Below, piece after piece: positions 19,766 through 29,380 of a stretch of 64,000 bases of DNA (position 1 is its first letter; each line of letters begins with the position of its first letter). The notes beneath the pieces are model-generated. The model saw only the letters and a list, made by a program, of their open reading frames with translations, ran no database searches and had not been told where the DNA came from. Both the position numbers and the translations under genes were made by a program. Origin of the DNA: a virus. The stretch covers positions 31,175 to 95,174 of the IMG/VR virus record IMGVR_UViG_3300033145_000668. The stretch is one strand, 5' to 3'.

Positions 19766-21001
19766 TTAATAACTACCCCCCAATTCTTCTATAACTTTTT
19801 TCCACTCTTCTTTTAATACATTCCAGTCGTAGAATTTCATGACAGCATCTCTTCCATTTATTCCCATTTCTTTTCTTTTATCTGGATTATTAAATAAATA
19901 ATCTAATTTTTTAACACCATCTTTAATACTACAAATTCCTCGTTCTACTGCCCACGAACCTGTTATTGTTCCATCTATTATTTCTGTTCCATGAACGTCT
20001 GGATTTTCTTCTTCTGTTGTTCCAACCAAATTTATTCCTAAACCTGCATTATTATCAATCACAAGTTCTTTAGTAGTAGTATAATTCGTAGCTAATACCG
20101 GAACCTGACAAGCCATTGCTTCGATTATAGGAATACCAAATCCTTCTCCGGATGTAGTTAATAAAAAACAATCCATTACATTATAAACTTCATTCATATC
20201 TTTTTCATCAAATCCTTTATAATATTTAGTACCAGTAAAAAATACTCTATTTTGAATTCCATATTTATTTATTAAAGAATTAATTGGAAAAACTTGTGCA
20301 TTATCATCGGGGTCACAATGTAACATTAAAACAGCATTAGGATTTAGTTTAGCATATTCTCCCATTATTTTTAATGTTCTATCTAACATTTTTCTTCCTT
20401 GATTTCTTGCCACTACTCCAATAACAAACTTATCATTTACTCCCCACTTTTGTCTTAATCTATTTCTTTCTTCTATAGAAACTGGAAAATAATTTGAAAT
20501 ATCTATTCCGTGAGGTATATGGCGGGTTTCTAAATTATGAACTTTTTTACATTGTTCTTTACCAAATTTAGCCATCGCTATCGGTACATCTACTTTCCTT
20601 AGAATATTTTCACAACCAAGCGGCATCCCTCCTCCACCATCTGAGGGAAACCAAAAGATTGTTTTAGCTGGAGATAAATCTAATTCAAGTAAAAATGGAT
20701 AAAGCATGAAGGTGTCTAAAAGTATTATAAGAACATCTATTTTAAACTCCTTAACATAAGTCGATAATAAATCTTTAAAATAAGCTTCTCTACCTTGTCC
20801 CATAATTGTGAAGTTTAATTTTCTACCATCTTCAAATGTTACTGGAGGAACTATCGTTTGTCCTACATAAGTGTGAGCAAAATATCTAACATTATGTCCT
20901 TCTTCTACTAATATGTTTCCTAAACTTTTTGCCTGATTCGAGTACCCTGTTGTTATAAATGGAGAATCACTTAGTATTCCTATATTAAAACTTGTTTTCA
21001 T
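19766..21001 (-). CDS. Glycosyltransferase family 4
   Basis: 'SDSP..TTGY', 'IPHGID', 'RNQGRK', 'GEGFGIPIIEAMAC'. Confidence 0.9.
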   Translation of the reverse strand: MKTSFNIGILSDSPFITTGYSNQAKSLGNILVEEGHNVRYFAHTYVGQTIVPPVTFEDGRKLNFTIMGQGREAYFKDLLSTYVKEFKIDVLIILLDTFMLYPFLLELDLSPAKTIFWFPSDGGGGMPLGCENILRKVDVPIAMAKFGKEQCKKVHNLETRHIPHGIDISNYFPVSIEERNRLRQKWGVNDKFVIGVVARNQGRKMLDRTLKIMGEYAKLNPNAVLMLHCDPDDNAQVFPINSLINKYGIQNRVFFTGTKYYKGFDEKDMNEVYNVMDCFLLTTSGEGFGIPIIEAMACQVPVLATNYTTTKELVIDNNAGLGINLVGTTEEENPDVHGTEIIDGTITGSWAVERGICSIKDGVKKLDYLFNNPDKRKEMGINGRDAVMKFYDWNVLKEEWKKVIEELGGSY

Positions 21002-21004
21002 TTT

Positions 21005-21244
21005 TTATAAGTCAATAACATTTATTTTTTTTGAATGTATATTAATTTGTTTTTTTGAAAATGGCATTGGTATTGCACCAGACTCTAATATTAGGGAGGT
21101 TCCAGATTCATGAACTTTTACATAAATATTTTTCCACTTGTTCATAAATTGCACAGGAAGTACAACACCGTAAGTAGGTTGTAGGTTAGCGGGTTTCATT
21201 ATCACCCTTATTTTTCGAAGCCTGTTATTAGTTTTGAATATCAT
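21005..21244 (-). CDS. AbrB/SpoVT-like small DNA-binding protein
   Basis: 'TYGVVLP...VKVHESGTSLILE' swapped-hairpin pattern; TATA at ~21279-21286, first gene of the glycan operon. Confidence 0.5.
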   Translation of the reverse strand: MIFKTNNRLRKIRVIMKPANLQPTYGVVLPVQFMNKWKNIYVKVHESGTSLILESGAIPMPFSKKQINIHSKKINVIDL

Positions 21245-21317
21245 CTATATAGAATATAATAAACAATACATTTGTGCATTTATAAACATATTTACAATAA
21301 AGTATATATGTTGTGAT

Positions 21318-22010
21318 TTAAAATATCTTAATTTTTTCTCCAGTTTCTATACAAATGTCATAAACATGTAATTTTAATACATCGCCTTCTTTTACTTTTT
21401 CGGAAACTCTTCTATATGTATAGTCTGGAATTTTATCTCCTTCTGTTGGTTTTTTTCTGCATCCTTCTCCTTCGTAATGCCACATACCAAATTCGTTAGG
21501 TACGAAATTATAACCTTCTTCTAACAATTGTTCTCTAATTTTTAGATTATGTAAACCCTGATGATAAAGTTCTTCACTTTCGCTCAGTACACAATTGCTA
21601 CAACGAAACGCATATGCAATATTAACATTATTTTCTGAATCTATTATATAACCATTACCTATTCTTTTAAATTTAGTGTCTAAAGGAAATTTAAACATTT
21701 TACTGCCGCACAATCTACAAATAATAAATTCATTTTCTGATAATAAATCTTTTATTTGTTCTTTCATATTCAAATTAATTTTTCTTATCATAACTAATTT
21801 TTCTATTTTTTCATTTATTATTTTATCTTCATGAGATGGTTGTATTAAATTAACTCCATCTATCTTAAGTAAATCTGCTCGTATATTTTCGAGTTCTATT
21901 TCAATATTTTTTAATAAATTAGAAAAAAAGTTTCTACTAGTATCAATAGTTTTAACTAATCTCAACTCATATCTATTTTCTTTCGACTTTATATAAAATT
22001 CAAATTCCAT
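21318..22010 (-). CDS. Hypothetical Zn-finger protein
   Basis: CRLCG and CSNC pairs; own TATA upstream. Confidence 0.55.
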   Translation of the reverse strand: MEFEFYIKSKENRYELRLVKTIDTSRNFFSNLLKNIEIELENIRADLLKIDGVNLIQPSHEDKIINEKIEKLVMIRKINLNMKEQIKDLLSENEFIICRLCGSKMFKFPLDTKFKRIGNGYIIDSENNVNIAYAFRCSNCVLSESEELYHQGLHNLKIREQLLEEGYNFVPNEFGMWHYEGEGCRKKPTEGDKIPDYTYRRVSEKVKEGDVLKLHVYDICIETGEKIKIF

Positions 22011-22076
22011 TTTTTTATAATATAATTAACAAATTAGCATTTATAAACAAGTTTATAATTTATTGTTTATATTTTA

Positions 22077-22718
22077 TTATTTATATTCCAGTTCATCCAC
22101 AGATAACTTTTCTTGTTCGGGTTCAATGTCGTTATCTATCATTTCTTTTAATTCTGTTAACTCTTTTAATTTACTTTCGACTAATGGTTTGTCTAACTTC
22201 ACTGGAAATATTTTATTTATTTGTGTATTTTTATTCTCATAAAGTATCATTCCATTTTCTAAATTTGAAAAATATAAATAGAATTGTAATTGAAATATGT
22301 GAGAATTCAGAGGTTCTGTTAATTTTTGAAATGACCATAGGTTCATGGATTTAATTTCAACGATATAGTTTTTTTCACCATCTGTTATTATACAATCTAA
22401 TCTCCCCTTAACTATGTCATTGGCATTAATATCTATTTCACTGGCTACAAGAACTCCCATTTCTGCAAAATACCGTGCATATCTTTCATGCACCGAATCT
22501 CCATTATCAAAAACCTTTCTTAGATTTGCATTTATTTTAAACTGACTTCCTTTCTTTAATGTATCGAACAATTCCTTTTTAGATTTAGTTACCTCAGTAA
22601 CATAGAAATAATCTCGTATTCTCGGAGTAGTTTGCTTACTATCTAAGTGAAAGTCTATTGCTTTCTGCAAATCAAACTTATCTTCTTTTTCAAAACCGAG
22701 TCTAGATTTTATTGTCAT
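22077..22718 (-). CDS. Cas4-like PD-(D/E)XK exonuclease (recombination)
   Basis: 'GDSVH', 'KGRLD', 'VEIKS', 'QLQFY'. Confidence 0.8.
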   Translation of the reverse strand: MTIKSRLGFEKEDKFDLQKAIDFHLDSKQTTPRIRDYFYVTEVTKSKKELFDTLKKGSQFKINANLRKVFDNGDSVHERYARYFAEMGVLVASEIDINANDIVKGRLDCIITDGEKNYIVEIKSMNLWSFQKLTEPLNSHIFQLQFYLYFSNLENGMILYENKNTQINKIFPVKLDKPLVESKLKELTELKEMIDNDIEPEQEKLSVDELEYK

Positions 22719-22768
22719 ATTATATGCTATCAACAATTTAAATAAAAATAAAATCTAGAATCTCAGTT

Positions 22769-22951
22769 TTATTTTTTCTTTGTTTTGTTGTTTTTAACAG
22801 CTTGTTTCATTGCCTTTTCTTGACATTTTCTACAAACGTGCTTATTTAGAGTTCCAGCTTCTTCCTTTATCTTGTATTGCTGGTAGTTAGTTTTCTTAAC
22901 CGCTCCACATTTTTTACATTTTACAGTGTACATTTTTCCTTGTGTCTCCAT
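22769..22951 (-). CDS. Small Zn-ribbon protein
   Basis: CKKC...CRKC. Confidence 0.5.
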   Translation of the reverse strand: METQGKMYTVKCKKCGAVKKTNYQQYKIKEEAGTLNKHVCRKCQEKAMKQAVKNNKTKKK

Positions 22952-23000
22952 TTTAATTGGTTATGGCAAGATTATGTCACTTATAAATGTTTGCTTTTTG

Positions 23001-25439
23001 TTAAAATAGCGTCTTCTGACCGCTTAATTTTAATTTTGCGATTGCTACAATTTTATCCAATTCTTTCATTCTACCCAATACTTCATAAATTGGTTTTGCT
23101 TTTTGATATATATTTTTTATTACCATTGCCGACCAATCTATTTTAATATTTTTATCTTTAAACTGTGTTTCATCTTCGAAGCACATAACATCGGACACTT
23201 GTCCTGTAATATATAATAACTTAAATTTATTTCCTTCTCTTAATCTTAAACCTAAATTTTCATTGCTCCACTTCACTCCTCTAATAACCGGACGATTCGC
23301 TGGTTTAGTTGTTGTATGTCCTTCTTTATCTGTTCGTGTAATAGTATATTTTTCAATTGCTTTATTTAACTTAGAAGGAATAGCAATATCATTTAACTCT
23401 ATTTTTCTCATAATCATATCATCGATAGTTTTACAAACATAATCATTTAATAAATTAAAATCATCTTGCATTAATAACAATCTAAATAACTCCTTTTGAA
23501 AAACTTTTGACATTGGAGCAGTGTCGCTTCTCCTAACTTGCATTCCGCACGCTTTAATTTTATCACATTCTTCTCCATCATCCCAAGTTGTTCTTAAAAC
23601 ATATCTTTTCTTAGTTTGAATAAAAGCTTTTTTAGCAAACTTTTCGAATTCCATATTAATAGTACTCTTCGGCATACCTAAATCTTCTATTACAAACTTT
23701 TCAATTTGGTCGTTAATTAATTTTTGTAATCTTTTTCCTTCTACAATTGGGTCTTTATCTTTAGGAATTACAAATCCAATAGAATCAGTATCAGACATAA
23801 CATGAGTATATCCTGTATCTTCTACAACTATATCTCTAGCTTTACAAATTAATTGTCGAGCATTAGCTGTTACTGCATTTGCTAATCGCAAATCATTCAT
23901 TCTAAATCCATTAGATGCGAATACACCCCAAATACTATTGATAACGATTTTAATAGCAAACATTTTATCTCGTAAATCCTGTCCTCCAGTTCCTTGCATT
24001 TGTTCTTTTAATTCTTTTTTTAGTTGTAGCAAATCATCAATTACGCTTGGCATAATTCCTTGTCCTTGTTGGTCGACTTTTAAACCGGTTTCAATATTAA
24101 CAATTATTCCATCGTCGCTAATTTTTTCTTTACTTAAATTAAAAGTTTTAATAATATTTGGATACAATCCACTATAATCAAAAAATACTACATTATCATA
24201 TAATCCAGGATTAGTAAAAACATAAGCTCCTTGAAGATGTTCGTCTTCTCCTCGTTCTCTAAAAATAGGTTTAGTAGGAAATGATTTTTGAGTATTATAT
24301 TTTTTTAATATCTTAGTATCGTGAATTCTCGACATATAAAAACAATCAGTAATATTTCTTACTCCAGCAAAGTTTCTAATTTGTTCAAACAAATCTAATA
24401 ATTTACACTTCTCATTAATTCTAACTACTAATTCAACATCTTTTATATTATAATAAATCAGTTCTTCTAGGTTTTCCCTCCACGATTTGCTCATATCATG
24501 CACTGGTAACTTCTGGTCACCGAGCTCAGTATCAGCAACGCTATTTAAAGAATAACTCGCTAATTCTCCAAAGTGTAACTGTCTGTACATTTTTAAAGAA
24601 TCTGCTAATACTAATCCTAATATTTTTATTTCTCCCTTCATCATCTTTGCTACTCTTGCATTAAAATCAATTCCGTGCCACATTACTGTGTCGAGCGGAT
24701 TAGTAAAAGAACATAACTTTTCTACATCAATCTCTAAATGTTCCAGACGAGCATATAAATATCCTATATCGAATCCAATGTTCCATGCCGTTAATATGTC
24801 ACCGTCTTCACAATTAAGATAAAAAAGAAATTGTCTTAACATTTGGTCTTCATTATTAAAATAGTAAATAGTTTTATCGCCGTCTTTTTTAATTACACTT
24901 TCAATATCTTCTCTCCAAACATATGTAACATATTTATTACTAAAACTATCGTGCGCCGTAATGCAAGTTATTTTTTCAACAGGATTATCATTATCAGGAA
25001 ATCCTTTATCGCAAGTTGTTTCAATATCAAATGTTATTGTTTTATATTTTGTCGACTCAACCTTCTCAACTTTATCTATCATATATCGCATATCAATAGA
25101 TAAATCTAATTCGTATGTATTATCTAAATTACCTCGTAAGTCTGTAATATATTTTTTAAAAAATAATTGTTCTTTAGGATGATTAAATATAATCTTATAA
25201 ACCGGTTCTCCGTAAATATCATTAGGACCAAATCCAGACATTTGAGCATAAGTTGGAAGTATAAAGTTTTTACTTTTTAGGAGAGTATCGTTAACATAAC
25301 AATATGGCTTAAAATCAGTTACTCGTCTAACTTCTTTTGTTCCGTCTTTATTTCTAATAAATAAAAGTATAGTTGGCACACCATTAATAATCTTAGAACT
25401 AATATCATATAATCCAATATACGTGTCTCGTTGCGTCAT
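23001..25439 (-). CDS. polB: Family B DNA polymerase
   Basis: ExoI 'FDIET', ExoII 'WNIGFD', ExoIII 'YNIKD'; pol motifs 'DYSGLYP', 'KIVINSIWG', 'SDTDS', 'KKRY'. Confidence 0.95.
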   Translation of the reverse strand: MTQRDTYIGLYDISSKIINGVPTILLFIRNKDGTKEVRRVTDFKPYCYVNDTLLKSKNFILPTYAQMSGFGPNDIYGEPVYKIIFNHPKEQLFFKKYITDLRGNLDNTYELDLSIDMRYMIDKVEKVESTKYKTITFDIETTCDKGFPDNDNPVEKITCITAHDSFSNKYVTYVWREDIESVIKKDGDKTIYYFNNEDQMLRQFLFYLNCEDGDILTAWNIGFDIGYLYARLEHLEIDVEKLCSFTNPLDTVMWHGIDFNARVAKMMKGEIKILGLVLADSLKMYRQLHFGELASYSLNSVADTELGDQKLPVHDMSKSWRENLEELIYYNIKDVELVVRINEKCKLLDLFEQIRNFAGVRNITDCFYMSRIHDTKILKKYNTQKSFPTKPIFRERGEDEHLQGAYVFTNPGLYDNVVFFDYSGLYPNIIKTFNLSKEKISDDGIIVNIETGLKVDQQGQGIMPSVIDDLLQLKKELKEQMQGTGGQDLRDKMFAIKIVINSIWGVFASNGFRMNDLRLANAVTANARQLICKARDIVVEDTGYTHVMSDTDSIGFVIPKDKDPIVEGKRLQKLINDQIEKFVIEDLGMPKSTINMEFEKFAKKAFIQTKKRYVLRTTWDDGEECDKIKACGMQVRRSDTAPMSKVFQKELFRLLLMQDDFNLLNDYVCKTIDDMIMRKIELNDIAIPSKLNKAIEKYTITRTDKEGHTTTKPANRPVIRGVKWSNENLGLRLREGNKFKLLYITGQVSDVMCFEDETQFKDKNIKIDWSAMVIKNIYQKAKPIYEVLGRMKELDKIVAIAKLKLSGQKTLF

Positions 25440-25440
25440 A

Positions 25441-26202
25441 TTATAACACCCGCTTTACCATATCTATATTATATTGTATTGTGTTTAACTGGTCTTGTGT
25501 TAATTCAGAAATATTATGGTCTAATCTTTCTAATGGTTCCGTAATACATTCATCTAACTTAATTCCCATCGAACCTAACTTAAAACAAATATTCGAATCC
25601 ATACTTCTTACCAACGGATATTTTTTATATGTTTCGATTTCGTGAATTAAATAATGATTAGCTCCAGCACAATGAATTGGCTTCCTAACTAAATCTTGTT
25701 CGTGTAAAAACTCTAAACATTTAATTCTACAAATTGCAAAATCTTTTGTTCCTGCCATTTCTGCAAACGCTTCCACAGAATATTTACTAATAGCAATTAC
25801 ATCTATGCTTGGATGATTTAGCATCCATTTGTAGCAAGATATCCATTCGCTTGCGTTTTTACCTTGCGGAAGACCAACAATTCTAAAATTAATTTTATCG
25901 TTTGTTGTTAAGTGTGAAATAAACTCTTCTGTTAATCTTACAGTTTCTTCATAATCGTATAACTTATCACTTGCCCAAATTTCATTACTATTAACATCTC
26001 TAGCAGATTGTATTACTTGTTCGACTGGAGAACTAACTCCATTTTCTGCAGCCATATTATCTGTGATTTTATAATTTTTATGGTCCCTATAATAAGCAGT
26101 ATATTCAGGATTGTTATTTATCCAATCACAAAGAGTGAATGCTATTTCTCCTTGCTCTGAGAATTCTGGATAGTTTATTCCTGCTATAAATCCGAATTTC
26201 AT
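25441..26202 (-). CDS. TGT-fold guanine transglycosylase-like protein (DpdA-like)
   Basis: 'ITDNMAAE' (cf. xDNS/DSGxF/E), 'GLPQG', 'PIHCAG' (cf. IHLLG), 'RSMDSN' (cf. SxDSS); adjacent to que genes. Confidence 0.65.
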   Translation of the reverse strand: MKFGFIAGINYPEFSEQGEIAFTLCDWINNNPEYTAYYRDHKNYKITDNMAAENGVSSPVEQVIQSARDVNSNEIWASDKLYDYEETVRLTEEFISHLTTNDKINFRIVGLPQGKNASEWISCYKWMLNHPSIDVIAISKYSVEAFAEMAGTKDFAICRIKCLEFLHEQDLVRKPIHCAGANHYLIHEIETYKKYPLVRSMDSNICFKLGSMGIKLDECITEPLERLDHNISELTQDQLNTIQYNIDMVKRVL

Positions 26203-26990
26203 TTCGAACCTCGCTCATTAAGAATCTTTATTTTACTATAAATGTTAACATCTTCTTTAGTATAAGAATTATTTGCATTATTTTTTATTTTCCTATTATG
26301 TTTTTGTCTATTTAATAAATATTTTTTTAATAATATAGCTTGTTCTTTTTTAACGTATAAATGCGGTATAATTAAATCGCATAATTTAATTAAATCAACT
26401 TGTTTCGAAAACTTTACATTATAAGTTCTTTTCCACCTATTATTAGGATGTTTATAATCTGATATATTAATAATAGTAGACGATACATATTTATTAAAAA
26501 TATTTACACAACGTTCTATTGATTTTTTATGTGTTCCGCCTATAGAGATACCATAAGCATATGCAATACCATTTTTTCGCTTTGTCTGCCATATTCCAAT
26601 ATATCCCTCACCGTCTATAAAACCACACAACCACAACAAATCTGGGTCATAATTATTTTCAATATATGCTCCGTAATAACCATCTTCATTTATTTCAACT
26701 TTAACCTCTCGATTTTTATATTTTTTTTCAATTCTTTGTTTTAATGCTGACGCCATCATTTCACAACTTTTATTTTCAGTTAGTTTTATTTTTTTAATTA
26801 AACTATCTATATATCGCTGAAAACATATATATTCTATGTCGCGGTTATCGTGAAATTGTTCTATCCAAACGATAACTTTAAACTCATGATGGTGTTCATT
26901 TTTTAAAAAATCAACTTGTTTAATATTACAATCTACCCATTTATGCGTGTCTCTAAAGGATGTAGTTACTTTTGCAAATATTTTAATCAT
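26199..26990 (-). CDS. QueD-like T-fold protein (DpdL-like) fused in frame to a LAGLIDADG endonuclease
   Basis: N-terminal 'H.W', 'LKNEHHHEF', 'RDIEY', 'SCEMMA', 'EDG'; C-terminal 'WLCGFIDGEG', 'PHLYVKKEQA'. Confidence 0.75.
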   Translation of the reverse strand: MIKIFAKVTTSFRDTHKWVDCNIKQVDFLKNEHHHEFKVIVWIEQFHDNRDIEYICFQRYIDSLIKKIKLTENKSCEMMASALKQRIEKKYKNREVKVEINEDGYYGAYIENNYDPDLLWLCGFIDGEGYIGIWQTKRKNGIAYAYGISIGGTHKKSIERCVNIFNKYVSSTIINISDYKHPNNRWKRTYNVKFSKQVDLIKLCDLIIPHLYVKKEQAILLKKYLLNRQKHNRKIKNNANNSYTKEDVNIYSKIKILNERGSK

Positions 26991-27128
26991 TTATTATTTC
27001 TCCTATACTTTTTAGTTTTATTTTACATAACGTACATCTTCTACCACCAATTTTATCAACATACACGCCTCGTCTGTTACAGCGTTCACATCTTAAAATT
27101 TCTAATACTTTTTTAACTTCATAATTAG

Positions 27129-27956
27129 TCATTTTAAATCTCTACCGCAATTTAATACTGCAACAGCTTTATGCTGGTGAATTGATTCATTATGATTTAT
27201 TACAATTACATAATCATTAATTACATCATCTAAAATTTTATCTAATTCAATGGAAATATCTCTACTCATATCTTCAACAAATTTAGGATTATTATAAGCT
27301 GTTTCTGTTACATATTTTTCATCCGGTCTTTTTAATACTGACCATATAGGACAACTAGCACAATTTTCTACTATATTTATTATTTCTTCAATTAAAACAT
27401 CTTCTTTTAATTCAACAGTAACCGAAGCATTAGATAATTGATTATGAGCAGAATATTCTGAAATTTCTTTACTGCAAGGACATAAACTTGTATAAGGAAC
27501 GTTTACAGTTAAATATATTTTATCTTCACCATTAATACTTTTACCTTCTATCGTACAAAGATAATGTACATAACCTTTTATTTTACTAACCGGTGCTTCT
27601 TTTTTAAGAAAATAATTAAAATGAACTTTTATATAACTATCATTTGAATTTAATTTTTCCTTTAAATCTATTAATAATTGTCTAATAATATCTGTACTAA
27701 CGTAATCTTCTTCTAAAACATCATGTATTAAAATCGGTAACCTACTCATAGAAATTCCTTTTTCTTCTTCACTTAATGAAACATAAATACTCACATCTCC
27801 AACAGTAGACCTTATCTTTTTATTATGGTCTAATATTTTAATAGGAACGATTAAATCTCTTATACCAACTTTATTTATTTTTTTATGCCTCGCGTCTTTT
27901 TGTTCTTGAACATCTGGTAACGCATTTTTTAATTTTTCTAATTCAATTGAGTTCAT
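27129..27956 (-). CDS. folE2: GTP cyclohydrolase IB (FolE2)
   Basis: 'LPDVQ', 'KGISMSR', 'LCPCSK', 'AHNQ', 'LKRPDEKYVTE', 'PKFVED', 'ESIH'. Confidence 0.92.
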   Translation of the reverse strand: MNSIELEKLKNALPDVQEQKDARHKKINKVGIRDLIVPIKILDHNKKIRSTVGDVSIYVSLSEEEKGISMSRLPILIHDVLEEDYVSTDIIRQLLIDLKEKLNSNDSYIKVHFNYFLKKEAPVSKIKGYVHYLCTIEGKSINGEDKIYLTVNVPYTSLCPCSKEISEYSAHNQLSNASVTVELKEDVLIEEIINIVENCASCPIWSVLKRPDEKYVTETAYNNPKFVEDMSRDISIELDKILDDVINDYVIVINHNESIHQHKAVAVLNCGRDLK

Positions 27957-28314
27957 CTTCACCCTCCCAGGGGAAGACCAACCATTCGTTCTTCTTACCT
28001 TTTGTTTCAATAAAAAAATCAGGTTTAACCTTAGTCCACTTTGAATTATAAATACAAGCTATCTTTTTATTTTTTACATTTTGTAATGTTGTTCCTGTAT
28101 CTGAAATATCATCGCACACCAAAGTATTTTTAGTAGGATGTATTAAAATAGGTAATCTTAAAACGTGACTCATTTTAACTGCAACTGGTAATCCGCCTCT
28201 CGGCACTCCATAAACACCATCAAATTTTATTTTAGAATCTACTACCATGTCAGCTAACTCATCTATCATAGCTCCTACTCCTTCCCATTTAATATAAATA
28301 TATTTTTTTGTCAT
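27943..28314 (-). CDS. Type I phosphoribosyltransferase (Gpt-like)
   Basis: 'GVPRGG', PRPP loop 'LVCDDISDTGTT', 'WLVFPWE'. Confidence 0.88.
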   Translation of the reverse strand: MTKKYIYIKWEGVGAMIDELADMVVDSKIKFDGVYGVPRGGLPVAVKMSHVLRLPILIHPTKNTLVCDDISDTGTTLQNVKNKKIACIYNSKWTKVKPDFFIETKGKKNEWLVFPWEGEDELN

Positions 28315-28484
28315 TTTGAATCTCCCATTATTATATCTGTTAATCCTCGTTCATATAAAAAAGTATCTTCTGGTTCAATTCCCAAGTCATTGCATGATTT
28401 ATAATATGCAACTGCATTTTGAATTTGTTGATATTCTATTCTTTTATCATTTAATTCTTTTAGCTTTACTTCATAAGGTTTCAT

Positions 28485-29111
28485 TTAAACTCCTTTCTCA
28501 TTGCCCCATACATCAATATGTATTCTCTGGCAATATTTTTTATTATTTTTAACACAATAATTCCAAACATCTTGTTGAATTTTTTTATCTTTTTCTTTAT
28601 CATTTGTTGTTAAAGGCATAAGCATTGTTGCATCTGATATCATATCTTTATTCATTTTTAAATCTGTAACTATTTTTATATCACATTTTGTTGACTCATC
28701 TAATCTTTCAGAAAACGCTATAACATTTTGTTGAGCTCGCTTATGCTTTGGACTAAATGCAATATAAGAAAATAAATCAGCATACAATGGAAGAATGTCA
28801 CCATTTGTTTCTAGATGATGGTATATATATTCTTCTATGTTATAGATTCCAAATCCACATTCTTGTATTACTTCATATATTTCATCTTGTTGTAACATTG
28901 GCTCTCCTCCTGTCCAGACAACAATATTACATTTACTTTTTTTAATTTCTTTTGTAATTTGTGCAACTGACATTTTTTTTCCTTTAATATGATACTTTGT
29001 GTCACAGAAGTCGCAATTTCTATTACATCCAGATGTTCTTATAAATAATACTGGGTGACCAGAATATTTACCTTCCCCTTGAATTGATTTAAAAATTTCT
29101 GAGATTATCAT
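28485..29111 (-). CDS. queE: 7-carboxy-7-deazaguanine synthase QueE
   Basis: 'EIFKSIQGEG', 'FIRTSGCNRNCDFCDT', 'TGGEP', 'LETNG', 'SPK'. Confidence 0.93.
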   Translation of the reverse strand: MIISEIFKSIQGEGKYSGHPVLFIRTSGCNRNCDFCDTKYHIKGKKMSVAQITKEIKKSKCNIVVWTGGEPMLQQDEIYEVIQECGFGIYNIEEYIYHHLETNGDILPLYADLFSYIAFSPKHKRAQQNVIAFSERLDESTKCDIKIVTDLKMNKDMISDATMLMPLTTNDKEKDKKIQQDVWNYCVKNNKKYCQRIHIDVWGNEKGV

Positions 29112-29380
29112 TCTTTATTATCTCCAACTTTAATTTCATCTAAACTTATTTCTCTTACTGAGCCATCTGGATAACTACAACAATCAAAATATGCAATAGT
29201 ACCATCTTTGAACGTTATCTTAATATTTCCAATTTCACTATCTTCTATTTTTAAAAATTCTTTTCCTATTAGTGCTTCTGCTTCGTCATAAATATGCCTT
29301 AAAGTTTTATCGCAACACTTTCCGGGCATGCCTACATCATCATAAATCTTACCACAACCGTGACAAATATATTTAGTCAT
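29108..29380 (-). CDS. Hypothetical Cys-rich protein
   Basis: CHGC...CC; overlaps both neighbours. Confidence 0.5.
   Translation of the reverse strand: MTKYICHGCGKIYDDVGMPGKCCDKTLRHIYDEAEALIGKEFLKIEDSEIGNIKITFKDGTIAYFDCCSYPDGSVREISLDEIKVGDNKE

Noticed and set aside
22077-22736. Cas4-like gene as part of a CRISPR-Cas system
   Set aside because: No other cas genes and no repeat-spacer array; solo Cas4-like nucleases are common in archaeal virus replication modules
23001-26990. Inteins in PolB or in the T-fold/LAGLIDADG fusion
   Set aside because: PolB has normal length; there are no C/S...HN intein termini and no C-extein after the LAGLIDADG domain
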